Origin: Octopus sinensis
Taxonomy: Eukaryota
Reading direction: 5' to 3'
NCBI RefSeq assembly: GCF_006345805.1
Contig: NC_043021.1
Coordinates: 8,804,001 to 8,868,000, forward strand
Length of the DNA: 64,000 bases
Shown piece after piece: positions 39,522-53,324 of the stretch; positions within the stretch are counted from its first letter, which is position 1; the number at the start of each line of letters is the position of its first letter. The notes beneath the pieces are model-generated. The model saw only the letters and a list, made by a program, of their open reading frames with translations. It had not been told where the DNA came from and ran no database searches. Made by a program: the position numbers and the translations under genes.

Positions 39522-40065
39522 GTACCAGGCAGTGGCTCTCATGGCTTCTGATCTTAACTGATTGGAAGTGTTATCATGTACATTGTTTTGTCTTGGTATA
39601 AAAGATGGGCTACAGCAAATATTCTGCTCAATACCACAGATTTGCTCGTCAGTTGTTTGACCTTAACCAGTTGAGCATGTCCCTTAGTGGCTGACGATAT
39701 GTGCATCTCTGATCACGAGCAGAAGTAGTGGGGGAGCATCATAGCCATGTGTTGAGAGGGATTCTTTGGGGTTTTGAATAGTTCACCTCTGGAAACATGG
39801 GTGGTTCTTTCAACATCCTTAAACAACCCTTATTCAGGGACCGTTTGAGCGGGATGGGCTACTCAACCTGAAGAAAATTCTAACTGGGCCCCACCTGCAA
39901 GGTCATGTGCTGTTTATCTTGATATGAGATCACCATGTCGCGCACATATGGTTGTGATGCATGTGTCTGGTGTACCTTTATCAGACGGGTAGTCATGATG
40001 GGTATATTGGGCTTCGTATATTTTACCCCAGTGTCACTTTGATGGCATGAACTGCTCTCTCACTC
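39522..40065. mobile_element. 544-bp non-coding element inserted in (AAT)n
   Basis: Complex sequence bounded by (AAT)n on both sides; no tRNA boxes, TIRs or long ORF. Confidence 0.55.
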
Positions 40066-40089
40066 AATAATAATAATAATAATAATAAT

Positions 40090-40554
40090 CCTTCCCGCTA
40101 ATAGGCACAGGGACTGAAATTTTGGGAGAGGGGGATAAAAGTCGATTAAATTGACCCCAGTGTGTTTAACAGGTACTTATTTCATCGACCTCGAATGGAG
40201 TAAAAGCAAGGTCGACCCCGACGGAATTTGAACTCAGAACGTATAGACGGACGAAATGCCGCTAAGCATTTTGCTTGGCGTGCTAACGATTGTGCCATCT
40301 CAAACCTACTACTACTACTACTACTACTACAACACAACAACAATAACCATAATAATAATCCTTTTTGCTGTAGGCACAAGGCCTGAAATTTTGAGTTAGG
40401 GGACATCAGCTTCAGAGCTCAACTGGTACTTATTTTATCGACCCTGGAAGGATGAAGGGTGAATTCCACCTCAGCAGCATTTGAACTCAGAACGTAAAGA
40501 CAGACAAAATAACATTAACTATTTTGCCTGGCTGGCTAACGATTCTGCCAGCTC

Positions 40555-40590
<36 letters not shown>

Positions 40591-41042
40591 GATGATGATT
40601 TCAAATTTTTGCCACAAGGGCAGCTTGGGAAGGGGATTAAGTTGATTGAATCGACCCCAGTGAGTAACTGGTAACTTATTTAATCGATCCAGAAAGGATG
40701 AAAGACAAAGTCGACCTCGGCGGAATTTGAACTCGGGACGTAGCGAGAGACGAAATACCACTAAGCATTTCGCCCGGAGAGCCAACGATTCTGCCAGCCC
40801 AATAATGAGGAGAAGAAGAAGAAGAAGAGAAGAAGAAGAAAAAGAAAAAGAAAAAGAAAAAGAAAAAGAAGAAGAAGAAGAAGAAGAAGAAGAAGAAGAA
40901 GAAATTATTACAGTTATTAATTTTTTTCAGCCTCGAAAGAATGAGAGACAAAGTTGATTTCGTTGCAATTTGAAATCAAAACATGAAGCACTGGGATATA
41001 CGCTACTAAGCACCTTGCCGACGGGTCTAACGATTCTGCCAA
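40090..41042 (-). mobile_element. Cluster of four family G SINEs separated by trinucleotide repeats
   Basis: B-type cores at 40090-40297, 40360-40554, 40595-40800, about 40918-41042, same orientation; spacers (CTA)n, (AAT)n, (GAA)n. Confidence 0.8.
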
Positions 41043-41263
41043 AATTCCAGCGAGGTTTCTATATACAATGGACGCAGAAAGAGAAGTGCTCTGGTCCTTC
41101 ACGAGGACATTACTAACAGATTATGAACGTCCCGATATGAAAATGAAAAACCAGGTCACGGAACATTACACACACGGACACACACATACACACACTACAT
41201 ATTTACATGCAGACGCATACACATGCACGCAAATTGAGCATTAGTTCTCAACAGCTAGTAGTA

Positions 41264-41625
41264 GTAGTAGCAGTAGTAGTAGTAGTAGTAGCAGTAGTAG
41301 TAGTAGTAGTAGTAGTAGTAGCAGTAGTAGTAGAGGTGGTGGCAGTAGTAGTAGTAGTAGTATAGTAGAGGTAGTGACAGTAGTAGTAGTAGTAGTAGTA
41401 GAAGTGGTAGTAGTAGTAGTAGTAGTAGTAGAGGTAGTAGTAGTAGTAGTAGTAGTAGAGGTGGTGGCAGTAGTAATAGTAGTAGTAGTAGAAGAGGTAG
41501 TAGTAGTAGTAGTAGTAGTAGAGGTAGTAGTAGTAGTAGTAGTAGTAGAGGTAGTGGTAGTAGTAGTAGTAGTAGTAGTAGTAGAGGTGGTGGTAGTAGT
41601 CGTAGTAGTAGTAGTGGCAGCAGCA
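41264..41625. repeat. (TAG)n array punctuated by GAGGT(G/A)
   Basis: Direct reading. Confidence 0.95.
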
Positions 41626-42044
41626 TAACTGAAATTGAAGACGATATCTGTAAAGAAAACTTCATGATACCTTATGTTGCAGAAATAACAGCATCGAGTA
41701 ATCTGATTAGAAAAACGTTTCATATGAAAAGGAAGGAAGGAAGTAAATAAGGAGGAAGAAAGGAAGGAAGGAAGGAAGGAAGAGCAAGGAGAATGAAAAA
41801 AAAAAGAGAAGGAGATGGGGGGGAGAAGTGAGAAAGTGCAGGATGGTGGCGGAGAGTGAAGAAATCGTGGATGGATGAGAAAAAGGATGAATTGTTAACC
41901 ATAAAATGTCTTTGTATTTATTCGCCCGTTTATCTATCAGTCTGTTTACCTGTCGATCTATATGTCCTTCTTTATATCCCTGAATCTGATTTATTTACTT
42001 GTCTTTCTAACCAATTCATCTGTCTAGCTAGTTTGCTATCTATC

Positions 42045-42665
<621 letters not shown>

Positions 42666-42858
42666 AAAAAAAGGGGCGATCAAAAAAACAAACAAACAAA
42701 ACACGATCCCTTTTTATCGCCTTCTTTTTTTTCGATCCCTTTAGATCGGAATTTTACATTTGTTTCCCTTCTTTTTCCTTTTTCTATATTCGAAAAGAAA
42801 AGCTCTACATTTGTATTTGTCCCCTCTGTGTTCAGCCCCGTGTGGCCAATAAAGAAAG
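42666..42858 (+). mobile_element. Element H copy 2 in (TATC)n
   Basis: ACACGATCCCT...AAAAGAAAAGCTCTAC...GTCCCCTCTGTGTTCAGCCCCGTGTGGCCAATAAAGAAA. Confidence 0.65.
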
Positions 42859-43269
42859 TTATCCATCCATCTATCTATCTATCTGTCTATCTACCTACCT
42901 GTCTGTCTATCTGTCCGTTCGTCTACCTTCCGTATAATTCTCTCTATACTTCTATATGCATATCTGTTTACATTTTCTGTTTACTATGTATCTGTCAGTC
43001 AATCACCACACACACACACACACACATACATACATTATCTTTCTGTATATCTATGCGTGTGTGTATATCCCTATCTAATAATCTATCTGTCGACCTCGCC
43101 GTCCGTCACGCACCCATGTATAAGTCCTTCAACCTTCTTAACTCTGTCTATATGCCTACATATCTATTTATCTCCAACTACATCTATATATAGGTCCTCT
43201 GTCACTGAACGTTGATCATTCATCGATACAAATATGCCCAAACTTGGGCAAAATATTTCTGTGAAGATT

Positions 43270-43590
43270 TGCAGGAGCAGGCATAGCTGTGTGGCTAAGA
43301 AGATCGCTTTGCAACCACATGCTCTCGGGTTCAGGCCCACTGCGCTGCACCTTGGTTAAATATATTCTGCTTTAGATCCAGGCCGACCAATGTCTTGTGA
43401 ATGAATTTAGTCAAGCGAAATTTTATTAAACGCGTCGTGTGTGTGTGTTTGTGTTTACTACTCGCCTCGCTTGTGTTTTATTTTTTACGTCCCAGTAACT
43501 TAGCGAGTCATCAAACGAGACCGAACCTTAAAAATAAGTACTGAGGGCGATTTGTTCAACCAAAAAAACTCTTGACTGAAGTAAGTAAAA
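43270..43590 (+). mobile_element. Diverged SINE family A
   Basis: Degenerate head, body and 3' half. Confidence 0.7.
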
Positions 43591-44074
43591 GATAAAGTTG
43601 TCCGTCTGAGCAAAGTCTCGTTTTCAAGCCTACGGTTGTCCAAGGAGGAAGCCACTGAATGGGGCAGATGCAGCCGAACATCAGAGTTGTCACAGGCGTT
43701 GCCGTCAGAAACACAAACAACAGAACTACACACAGCAAAATATCTTATCCACCTTCTCACAGAGCTCAATTGCTACAATTTTTTTGTTTTATCGACCACC
43801 ACCACTCTGGACTGCAGTATTTTTATATCAACTCCGAACGGAAGAGAGGCAAAGTTAAACTTGGCGGGATTTGAACTGAGAGGACAAGGAGTCGAAACAA
43901 AAAACCATGAAAGCTCCTATCCGACGCCCTAAAGTTTTTCGGCAATTCGCCCTTTGTCTATCTTTGTAGACAATTATCTGTCAATCTAGTTGTTAATATA
44001 TCTGCCTGTGTCACTATATGTTTATCTATCTATTTGCATAATACAGTTTTATATATAAGAGATGAGGAATTATG

Positions 44075-44224
44075 TACATTATTTGCATTATTTACGTTTG
44101 ACGGATATTTGTCCACATCTTGTTTGTTGTTAGCACAAGGTTTCGGCTGATATGCCCTCCAGCCTTCATCAGGTGTCTTGGGGAAATTTCGAACCTGGGT
44201 TCTCATTCCTAAGGTATTTTTCGA

Positions 44225-44258
<34 letters not shown>

Positions 44259-44426
44259 ATTATTATTTAGGTCACTGCCTGGAATCGAATCGAACTCGGA
44301 ATCTTGGTGTTAGTATCCCGCGCTCTTAACCACTACCCCATATACCCGGGCATATGGCGTAGTGGTTAAGAGCGCGGGCTACTAACCCCAAGATTCCGAG
44401 TTCGATTCCGAGCAGTGACCTGAATG

Positions 44427-44463
<37 letters not shown>

Positions 44464-44642
44464 TAATAATAATGATGATGATGATAATAATAATAATAAC
44501 AATAATAACATCGAAAAATACCTTAGGAATGAAAACCCAGGTTCGAAATTTCCCCAAAACATCTGATGAAGGCTGGAGGGTGTATCAGCCGAATCGTTGT
44601 ACTAACAAATATCCGTCAAATGTAAATAATGTAAATAATGTA
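44075..44642. mobile_element. Foldback element F: two head-to-head modules of tRNA head, (AAT)n and hammerhead-like motif
   Basis: Symmetry centre CCCGGG at 44345-44350; each arm has TGGCGTAGTGG and GAGTTCGATTCC boxes, (AAT)n, then CTGATGA-A-GGCTG...CAGCC-GAA(A/T). Confidence 0.85.
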
Positions 44643-45120
44643 GCTATTTGCATGTTTGTCTGCCTCTCTACCTGTGTGTCTCGCTGTCTATCAGTCTAAT
44701 CTATCTGTCCACTTATCTTGTTTCTTTGTCTACCGTCCGTTCTCACTCATTCACAAGTTCACTTCACGAACAGGTAATTTCAGGGTCATTCTCTCTGCGC
44801 TGCACTTTTGACTAGCGTCTTCTACAATAGTCCTGCGTTGACATTGAAACTAGTATACGGGACACGAACGCTCCAGCCTCATATTTTTGAACATATGTAA
44901 GTGTATATACCACCTTCTCTCGCTCTCTCCTTCTCTCTCTCTCTCCCCCTCTCTCTTCCTCTTTATATATACATATATATATATATGCGTATTTGTATAT
45001 GTCGGTGTATATATATGTGTCTGTGTCTGTGTGTTCGCGCGCACACACACAAAGACAGAAGGAGGTAGGCAGACAAGCTGATAGGCAGAGAGACACATAA
45101 CCAGACAGACAAATAGATAG

Positions 45121-45178
<58 letters not shown>

Positions 45179-45609
45179 CAGAGGAGAGCGTTTCTCTAAC
45201 CCTTCTTACACAACTATATGCATAAATAAAAATCAGTTGAAGTAGTATATGCTTAGTTATTTATTTTCCACTCGATACAGAATTAAAATGAATAAAATAT
45301 GAACAATTCACTGCTCAGTCACTGGACAAACCACTGACTGTTGATTTGAAATAATAATCCACCATTTTGTTTCATACCACATGGATGTCAGCTTCCAGTT
45401 TTCCATGAACTTCCGGTGTCGATAACAGCGATAGCATGAAGGTCACACAAAAACGCTTCTGTACAAAATGTCATCGCTAATAGAATGAAGCAGTTAACGT
45501 CATATATTTAATATCAAAGTTTGATAACTATCATCCATTCTGTTGTTATTCAAACATTTTCTTAACTTCACGTACGAAAAATAATGGCGTACATGGGCGT
45601 AAATATATG

Positions 45610-45614
45610 TACGT

Positions 45615-45669
<55 letters not shown>

Positions 45670-45670
45670 T

Positions 45671-45711
<41 letters not shown>

Positions 45712-46125
45712 TTATATATAATATATAATATATTATATATATATAAAATATTTATATATATATTATATATAATATATATATATATATCTATAATATATAT
45801 TATATAATATATATAAAAAAATTTATATATATATTATAATATATATAAAATATTATATATATATATATATAAAATATTTATATATAATATATATAAAATA
45901 TTTATATATATATATATAAAATATTTATATATATATATATATATATAACTATTATATATATATATTATATATATAAAATATTTATATATATATATATATA
46001 ATAAAATATTTATATATATATATATATAAAATATTATATATATATAATATAAAAATATTTATATTATATATATATATAATATATATATATATAAAATATT
46101 TTAATATATATATAAAATATTTATA

Positions 46126-46158
<33 letters not shown>

Positions 46159-46383
46159 ATATAAAATATTTATATATATATATATATAAAATATTTATAT
46201 ATATATATATATATATAAAATATTTATATATATATCTAATATAAATATATATATATATAATATATATATATATTGAAAATTTATATATATATATATATAA
46301 AAATTTATATATATATATATATTATAAATATTTATATAATATAATATTATATATAATATATATTATATATATATATATATATA

Positions 46384-46425
<42 letters not shown>

Positions 46426-46430
46426 AAGTA
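45610..46430. repeat. Almost pure A/T satellite with recurring ATAAAATATTTATATA motif
   Basis: Direct reading. Confidence 0.9.
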
Positions 46431-46914
46431 TATGTGTATATATATATATATACATATATGTTTCTTTATTACCACAAGGGGCTACACACGAGGGGACAAA
46501 CAAGGACAGACAAACGAATGAAGTCGATTACATCGACCCAGTGTGTAACTGGTACTTAATGGCATATATATATATATATATATATGAGTGTTGTATAAGA
46601 TCTATATGTGTATATGCATATATATGTGGTGGTGTATGTGTGTGTAAATATGTACATGCACACGTACAGAACACATACAACTGTATATATATATATATAT
46701 ATATGTATGTATATGTGTGTGTATATGTGTATATTATATATATATTATATATATATTATATATATTATATTATATATATATGTATATCTTATATATATGT
46801 ATATATATATATGTATATATAAATATGTATATATATATGTATATATATATATGTGTGGGTGATATATATATATATATTATATATTTATAATATACCTACA
46901 TATATAAGATTATA

Positions 46915-47312
46915 TATTTCTTTTACTTTTTCTCTTGTTTCAGCCATTTGACTGCGGCCATGCTGGAGCACCACCATTAGTCGCACAAATCGACCTCAGG
47001 ACTTATTCCTTGTAAGCCTAGTACATATTCTATCGGTTTATTTTGTCGAACCGCTAAGTTACGGGGACATAAACACACTAGCATCGATTATCGAGCGATG
47101 GCGGGCTGGACAAACAGAGAAACACAAATATATGCATAAATATACGTATATACAACAGGCTTCTTTCAGTTTCCGTCTACCAAATCCAGTCACAAGGCTT
47201 TGGTCGGTCGGAGGCTATAGTAGAAGCGACCTGTCCGGGTGCCACGCAGTGATAATGACCCTGGAACCACATGGTTGGGAAGTAAGCTTCTTACCCACAG
47301 CCATATCTGCAC
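46915..47312 (-). mobile_element. Diverged SINE family A
   Basis: Reverse complement of family A. Confidence 0.82.
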
Positions 47313-47313
47313 C

Positions 47314-47346
<33 letters not shown>

Positions 47347-47563
47347 GAATAAAAAGGTTTGGAAATGCAATTTTAAACGATGTTTATTTACTTAACCGGT
47401 TTCCTTCTTGGTAAAATAAGATGTCAAAAGTTACATTTAATGAAACTTGAATAATATGATTATATATTTATATATATTATATTATTAAATTTTAATTGAA
47501 ATGGAAAATAATATCTTGTTACGGATTATTCAAAATTCGGCTCCATTTCTTCCCCTTCACTAA

Positions 47564-47595
<32 letters not shown>

Positions 47596-47734
47596 TGTTG
47601 TGTGTAATATACGTTCCTTTTACTTTTTATCCTACTTCTTTCAGCCATTTGACTGTGGCCATTCTGGGACCCCAATACGTATATATATATTGTGTATAAT
47701 ATATATATATATGATATTATATATATATATATAT

Positions 47735-47777
<43 letters not shown>

Positions 47778-48589
47778 TTATATATACATATATATACATA
47801 TATATATATATATACTATATATATATATACATATATTTGGAGAGAGAGAGGGGGAGGGAAGAGAGGAGAAAAAGACAGGGGATAGACAGACAAAAGAACA
47901 ATCAACATTTAGGTTGACACGTGTGCATTACCTATAGATGCATACATGCATAGATACGATATTATTAACAGACACACACACGCCCGCACGCGCACGTCTC
48001 CAGGTGTTACATTGGAGATAGGTACCACAGCTTCCATATACGTTTGTCACACAACGAATCCTTCTAATTGCTGTAGTTAATTGTTGTGCGTGTGTATACA
48101 CGAACGAATGTACACACACACTCACGGATACATTTTTATATATGTATATGTGTATACATACCTAGTGTTTATCTATGTATGTATGTACGTATGTATGTAT
48201 TTATATGTGTATATATGTGTATGTACGTATTTACACGATCGTTCTACTTGTGTTGTAATTTTTTTTATGTATTTAATTGTATACATGTTTGTAAACGTGT
48301 AGCTACATACACATATATTCGTGTGTATAAATGTGCGTGTGTATGTGTGTTTCTATGTGTTTGTGTGTGTGTGTGTGTGTTTGTGCATGTGCGTGTGTGT
48401 TGTGTGGGACTGTGTAAAAGAGGCCAGTAGCTTTGGTGTAACAGTTATCCCGATGGGAGGGTATCTCACAGATATAGGTTGCTAGTCTCTTAGACAATTT
48501 TGTCCCCACTTTATATCTTAAGCTGTGCTTTAGAATGTACCTGACCGTTTATATCACTCCCATAAATATATATATATATATATATATAT

Positions 48590-48790
48590 ACCATTCGCCA
48601 TGATTGATCGCTAGGCACTAAACCTTTTTTATTTTCTCTCTCTACTTATTTCTGTGTTCCTTTCTGTTGAAGAGCGTAGGTTCGAAACGTAAAAGACTTT
48701 CTCACTTCCCGAGCGTTAAACTAATACATCTGGTTGTTGTTTACACACCCGTCTTATCGTTTTTATTTTTTTTGTAAATTCCAACTATAT
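48590..48790 (+). mobile_element. Penelope pLTR-like repeat P2 with hammerhead-like motif
   Basis: 48659-48696: CCTTT-CTGTTGA-A-GAGC-GTAG-GTTC-GAAACGTA-AAAGA. Confidence 0.65.
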
Positions 48791-49231
48791 ATATACCTAC
48801 ACATACACAAACACCAACAAAATAGATGTATATATGTATATAGTATGTATTCGTGGTTTAGTTGTTCGCCTGGGTCTGTGTATAACAAAAAAAATAAATA
48901 ACATGTATTTTCACAGAATTCAGTTGATGGTTTGAACAAAACTATAAAGCAATTGCAACCCTCTGAGTTTTGCTGTCTTTGAATTCCTGGCAACAGCAGA
49001 TCATTGGTTGAGTAGTGGTATAGCAATCAGGTACCCACGTCTTGTGAATATTACTACGAACGTCAGTGGAAAAGTCCAACCTTACAATTGTTGCGAAATA
49101 TGTCACAATATTCAGTAAACACCAATCATATATACAAACTGCCTCTGCCTTTTAATCTCACCGCAGTCAAATGACTGAAACTAGTAAAAGAATATGCTAG
49201 TAGGTGAATGCTTCAATATATATATATATGT

Positions 49232-49613
49232 GGAGGCGCAATGGCCCAGTGGTTAGGGCAATGGACTCGCGGTCATAAGATCGGGGTTTCGATTCCCAGA
49301 CGGGGCGTTGTGAGTGTTTATTGAGCGAAAACACCTAAAGCTCCACGAGGCTCCGGCAGGGGATGGTGGCGATCCCTGCTGTACTCTTTCACCACAACTT
49401 TCTCTCACTCATACTTCCTGATTCTGTTGTACCTGTATTTCAAGGGGCCGGCCTTGTCACTCTCTGTGTCACGCTGAATATCCCCGTGAACTACGTTAAG
49501 GGTGCACGTGTCTGTGGAGTGCTCAGCCACTCACACGTTAATTTCACGAGCAGGCTGTTCCGTTGATTCGGATCAACCGGAACCCTCATCGTCGTAACCG
49601 ACGGAGTGCTTCC
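49232..49613 (+). mobile_element. SINE family C, full length
   Basis: Complete head, body and tail. Confidence 0.92.
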
Positions 49614-49867
49614 AAAATATATATATATGTGTTTGCCAAACATCAAAAAATATGCATACATATGCAACACGTTCAATCACATCCACATACATACATTGAC
49701 AAATATATGCACACATAAATAGAAGTAAAATGGCTCCTCTGTCGCTTTCGATGATAGGTATTCCGGGTTTTTTAACCAACCGAAACGCTTGTTCCTTGCT
49801 TAATACCGGAAGTGACTTAGTACTCGACACATACGCATGTACCTTAACTGTGACACATACACATACG

Positions 49868-49920
<53 letters not shown>

Positions 49921-51114
49921 AACATCCTCATTGTTTTGTAGTGTGAGCGGCTGAATATTCCGCAGACATGCCTTCTCTTTACATAATCCTTAGATTTCAT
50001 CAAGTGACGAAGAATGTGAGAAGGCTGAATAACATGTATAATCCATCGACGAGATTCCATCTTTTATTTCAACTCAGTTTCGTTTACAAAGTTTGGTTTG
50101 ACCTGAGGTTATAGTAAAATATTATTTACGAGTTGCAGGATCGAAATTGGAACCGAATAACTGCGATCCGAACTTGTTAACCACGTGACCATGTCTGTGT
50201 CTGTACTGGTATACAGCAGGTCTGAACATATATAGAATGTGTTGTGATTGTTGTTTTTGTTATTGTTGACATGTGTGTTTGTGTGATCAACTCTGTTGTT
50301 TGGTTCGCGCTATTTCCCTGCACTTACGTAATTTTTATTTTTGTTGAGAATGAACATCACTACTTCTCCTCAGCATTCCTTTGCACTTTACTTCTGAAGG
50401 GTCGAGGAAATTAAATTTTTGTTCGTGTCTACTAAGGCAAGTAAACACAAATGTCAGTAGATACTTTCCGAATCCTACTTTTAAGGGCCACTGATTAGAA
50501 TGAGCCTTACAGGGGCTTAGGAAGAGAGGATAAACAGATGCGGGGTAAAAATTCCCCTGAATTAGTCGCGAGTCTATCAAAGACAACACTCGTAAATGAT
50601 TTATTTTTGTCAAATATGTGAAGCAATACAGTTGAAAATAATATGGTTTTTCACAAAATATAAGACATTAGCAGCAGACGTGAACCTACAATTTCTGGGT
50701 TGGTAGTCCATGTCAATGTGTCTGAAATTAGGAACGAAACGAAAAAGTAATGTGGATAGATATCCAACTTAAATTAATTTCACTTCAGTGATATTGCTGT
50801 TGTTATTTGTAAGGATTTGAACACCACAACTTCCGTTTCCCGCCTCCTAAAATATCTGGGCCTCTCATACGAAATACTTTTGTATAATGCTGAGGTGTGT
50901 GTATGGGTAGGTGGTGTTATACCGATAAAATGTTGGGGAAGGAATAATGCGGAACGGTTTCATTTACCGTCTGTACCAGTTCCACTTGAATGACGTCGCA
51001 AATCCTGGGAGAAAGCTTAATTTTTACAACACTTAATGGAGTTTTATCCTTAAAAAGTTCTGGTGTCTACGCTGGAGAGATTCGAGAACGATTGCTATGT
51101 CACTAGTCCAGTCA

Positions 51115-51214
51115 NNNNNNNNNNNNNNNNNNNNNNNNNNNNNNNNNNNNNNNNNNNNNNNNNNNNNNNNNNNNNNNNNNNNNNNNNNNNNNNNNNNNNN
51201 NNNNNNNNNNNNNN
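51115..51214. other. Assembly gap (100 N)
   Basis: Run of n. Confidence 1.
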
Positions 51215-51715
51215 CTGTTAGTTTGGTTCCTATCCATTCCTTCAATCTCTTACATCGCCCTTTTTTAGGAGTTTCAAAGAGTTCCCCACCACCACCACCA
51301 CCATCACCATCACCACACTTCCATTCGGCTAGTACAGACTCGTATTTCCTTAGGAAAGTTTCGATAACGCTTGTAACATACCGTCAGTACTTCTATTAAC
51401 ACTTCGCCAGTTTATTATATCTTATCCAAAAAAAAAAAAAAACCTTCCAATTCCACAGTTATTTAACTGCTCCCCTTCTCTTACATGTTACTCGTTTCAA
51501 TATCCAATTCTTCCTGTGGTCCAGCTTTATCAAGACTGCAAACTTCGTCAAAGGCTTCGTTCATTATAGTATTGGAAAGGTTCTCCCCCAGCGTTCCTTC
51601 ATGCTATCAATCTAATGTCACGGCCAGCTTTTTGGTTTCCTTCCAATACAGCTGAGATTTTTTTAATCATATCACATCGCTGAATAGTTCCATAAATGTG
51701 TGTGAGTGCATGTCT

Positions 51716-51798
<83 letters not shown>

Positions 51799-52029
51799 AG
51801 TGCGTGCGTACCGAGATGAGAGAGTTAAAATATATTCTATACTTTCTGTATGAAAAATCCTAAATGTTAAATTTTGGATTTTAATTTTAGGTCACCTGGA
51901 GAAAACGGGGTTTTTTTTTTACATGATGTAATTGGTTTTTTAATAAATAAAGAACACATCTGAAACAGCTGCAGTGAACCTCGGCCCATATGTGTTTTTA
52001 TAGACAGGCAGACAGACAGACAGACAGAC

Positions 52030-52061
<32 letters not shown>

Positions 52062-52223
52062 CATACATACATACATACATACATACTATATACGTGGTTG
52101 TGTATGTAAGTATATGTAAGTATGTGTGTATATATGTATATATATCTATATATGTGTGTGTGCACATATAGCATATATACATATATATATATATGTTATA
52201 TATAGATATATGGTATATATATC

Positions 52224-52256
<33 letters not shown>

Positions 52257-52341
52257 TATATTATGATGTTTTGCGTTCTTTTCCCCTTTTTGCATTTTAT
52301 ATATATATATATATATATATGTGTGGTGGTGTTATGTGTGT

Positions 52342-52378
<37 letters not shown>

Positions 52379-52594
52379 GTATGTATGTATGTATGTATGT
52401 ATGTGTATATGTATGTATGTATATGAGAGGCGACTCCAGGTCATCAGCGTCACTCGGGCCCCTCAGAGATTTCGCATAAGACATATAAAAGAAGGTAAGA
52501 GACATAATGCACATCGCAGACTTATACGTGCACTAATTAAACATTAAGACATATATATAGTTTTAATATAAAAATTATTCACTTCATTTATACA

Positions 52595-52830
52595 TGAACT
52601 CCAGTCGTCTTGGTTTGATGGCGACCTCGTGTCATATCTTGTCATGAAGCTCCTTGTTGTTGTACAAGTCGTTCAAAGTACTTTTCTCGATGGAAATACA
52701 AACCAGTGAAAACAGCAGCTCTTGGGCCATTGTGTTTCTCAGATATGAACGGATTCTATCAAACATGGGGAAGCTTCTCTCATTAGTGATTGATATTAAG
52801 GGGATGGTCAGCACTAGCTTGATTATACAG
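52595..52830 (-). pseudogene. hAT transposase C-terminal dimerisation domain remnant
   Basis: LTIPLISITNERSFPMFDRIRSYLRNTMAQELLFSLVCISIE matches hAT L.IP.TS..ERSFS....K..LR.TM.Q.RL..L..LSIE. Confidence 0.82.
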
Positions 52831-52894
52831 TATTTCTAAAAAGGAGTTGATTGACTTGAACTTTTTGAAATCACTGTTAATATACATATATTTT

Positions 52895-53318
52895 AGTAAT
52901 TTGTCTGCGGCCATGCTGGAGCACTGCATTAATTGGTTTTAGTCGAAGAAATCGACCGGAAGGACTTGTTCTTTGTAAGTCTAGTACTTATTCTATCAGG
53001 CCTCTTTTGCCGAACCGCTAAGTTACAGGGACGTAAACACACCAACACCGGTTTTCAACCGATGGTATGGGCACAAACACAGAAACAAAGACATACGCAC
53101 ACACACACATACACACACATACGCACACGCGCGCGTGTACACACACACACACACACATTCTCTTACACACATACATATATGCGACGGGCTTCTTTCAGTC
53201 TCCGTCTACCAAATCCACTCACAAGGCTTTGGTCGGCCCGAGGTTAAAGTTGAAGACACTTGGCCGAGGTGTCACGGAGTGGGAATGAACCCGGAACTAT
53301 GTGCTTGGGAAGCTAGCT
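52895..53318 (-). mobile_element. SINE family A
   Basis: Reverse complement of family A. Confidence 0.85.
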
Positions 53319-53324
53319 TCTTAT

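Noticed and set aside
41255-41723. Poly-Thr/Leu/Val mucin-like ORFs
   Set aside because: (TAG)n microsatellite translation
51033-51399. ORFs spanning the gap, with a CR1-like LESLQRR motif
   Set aside because: Only about 25 residues beside 100 Ns; insufficient evidence
52425-52480. Hammerhead at minus-strand CTGATGA
   Set aside because: No stem II followed by GAAA downstream
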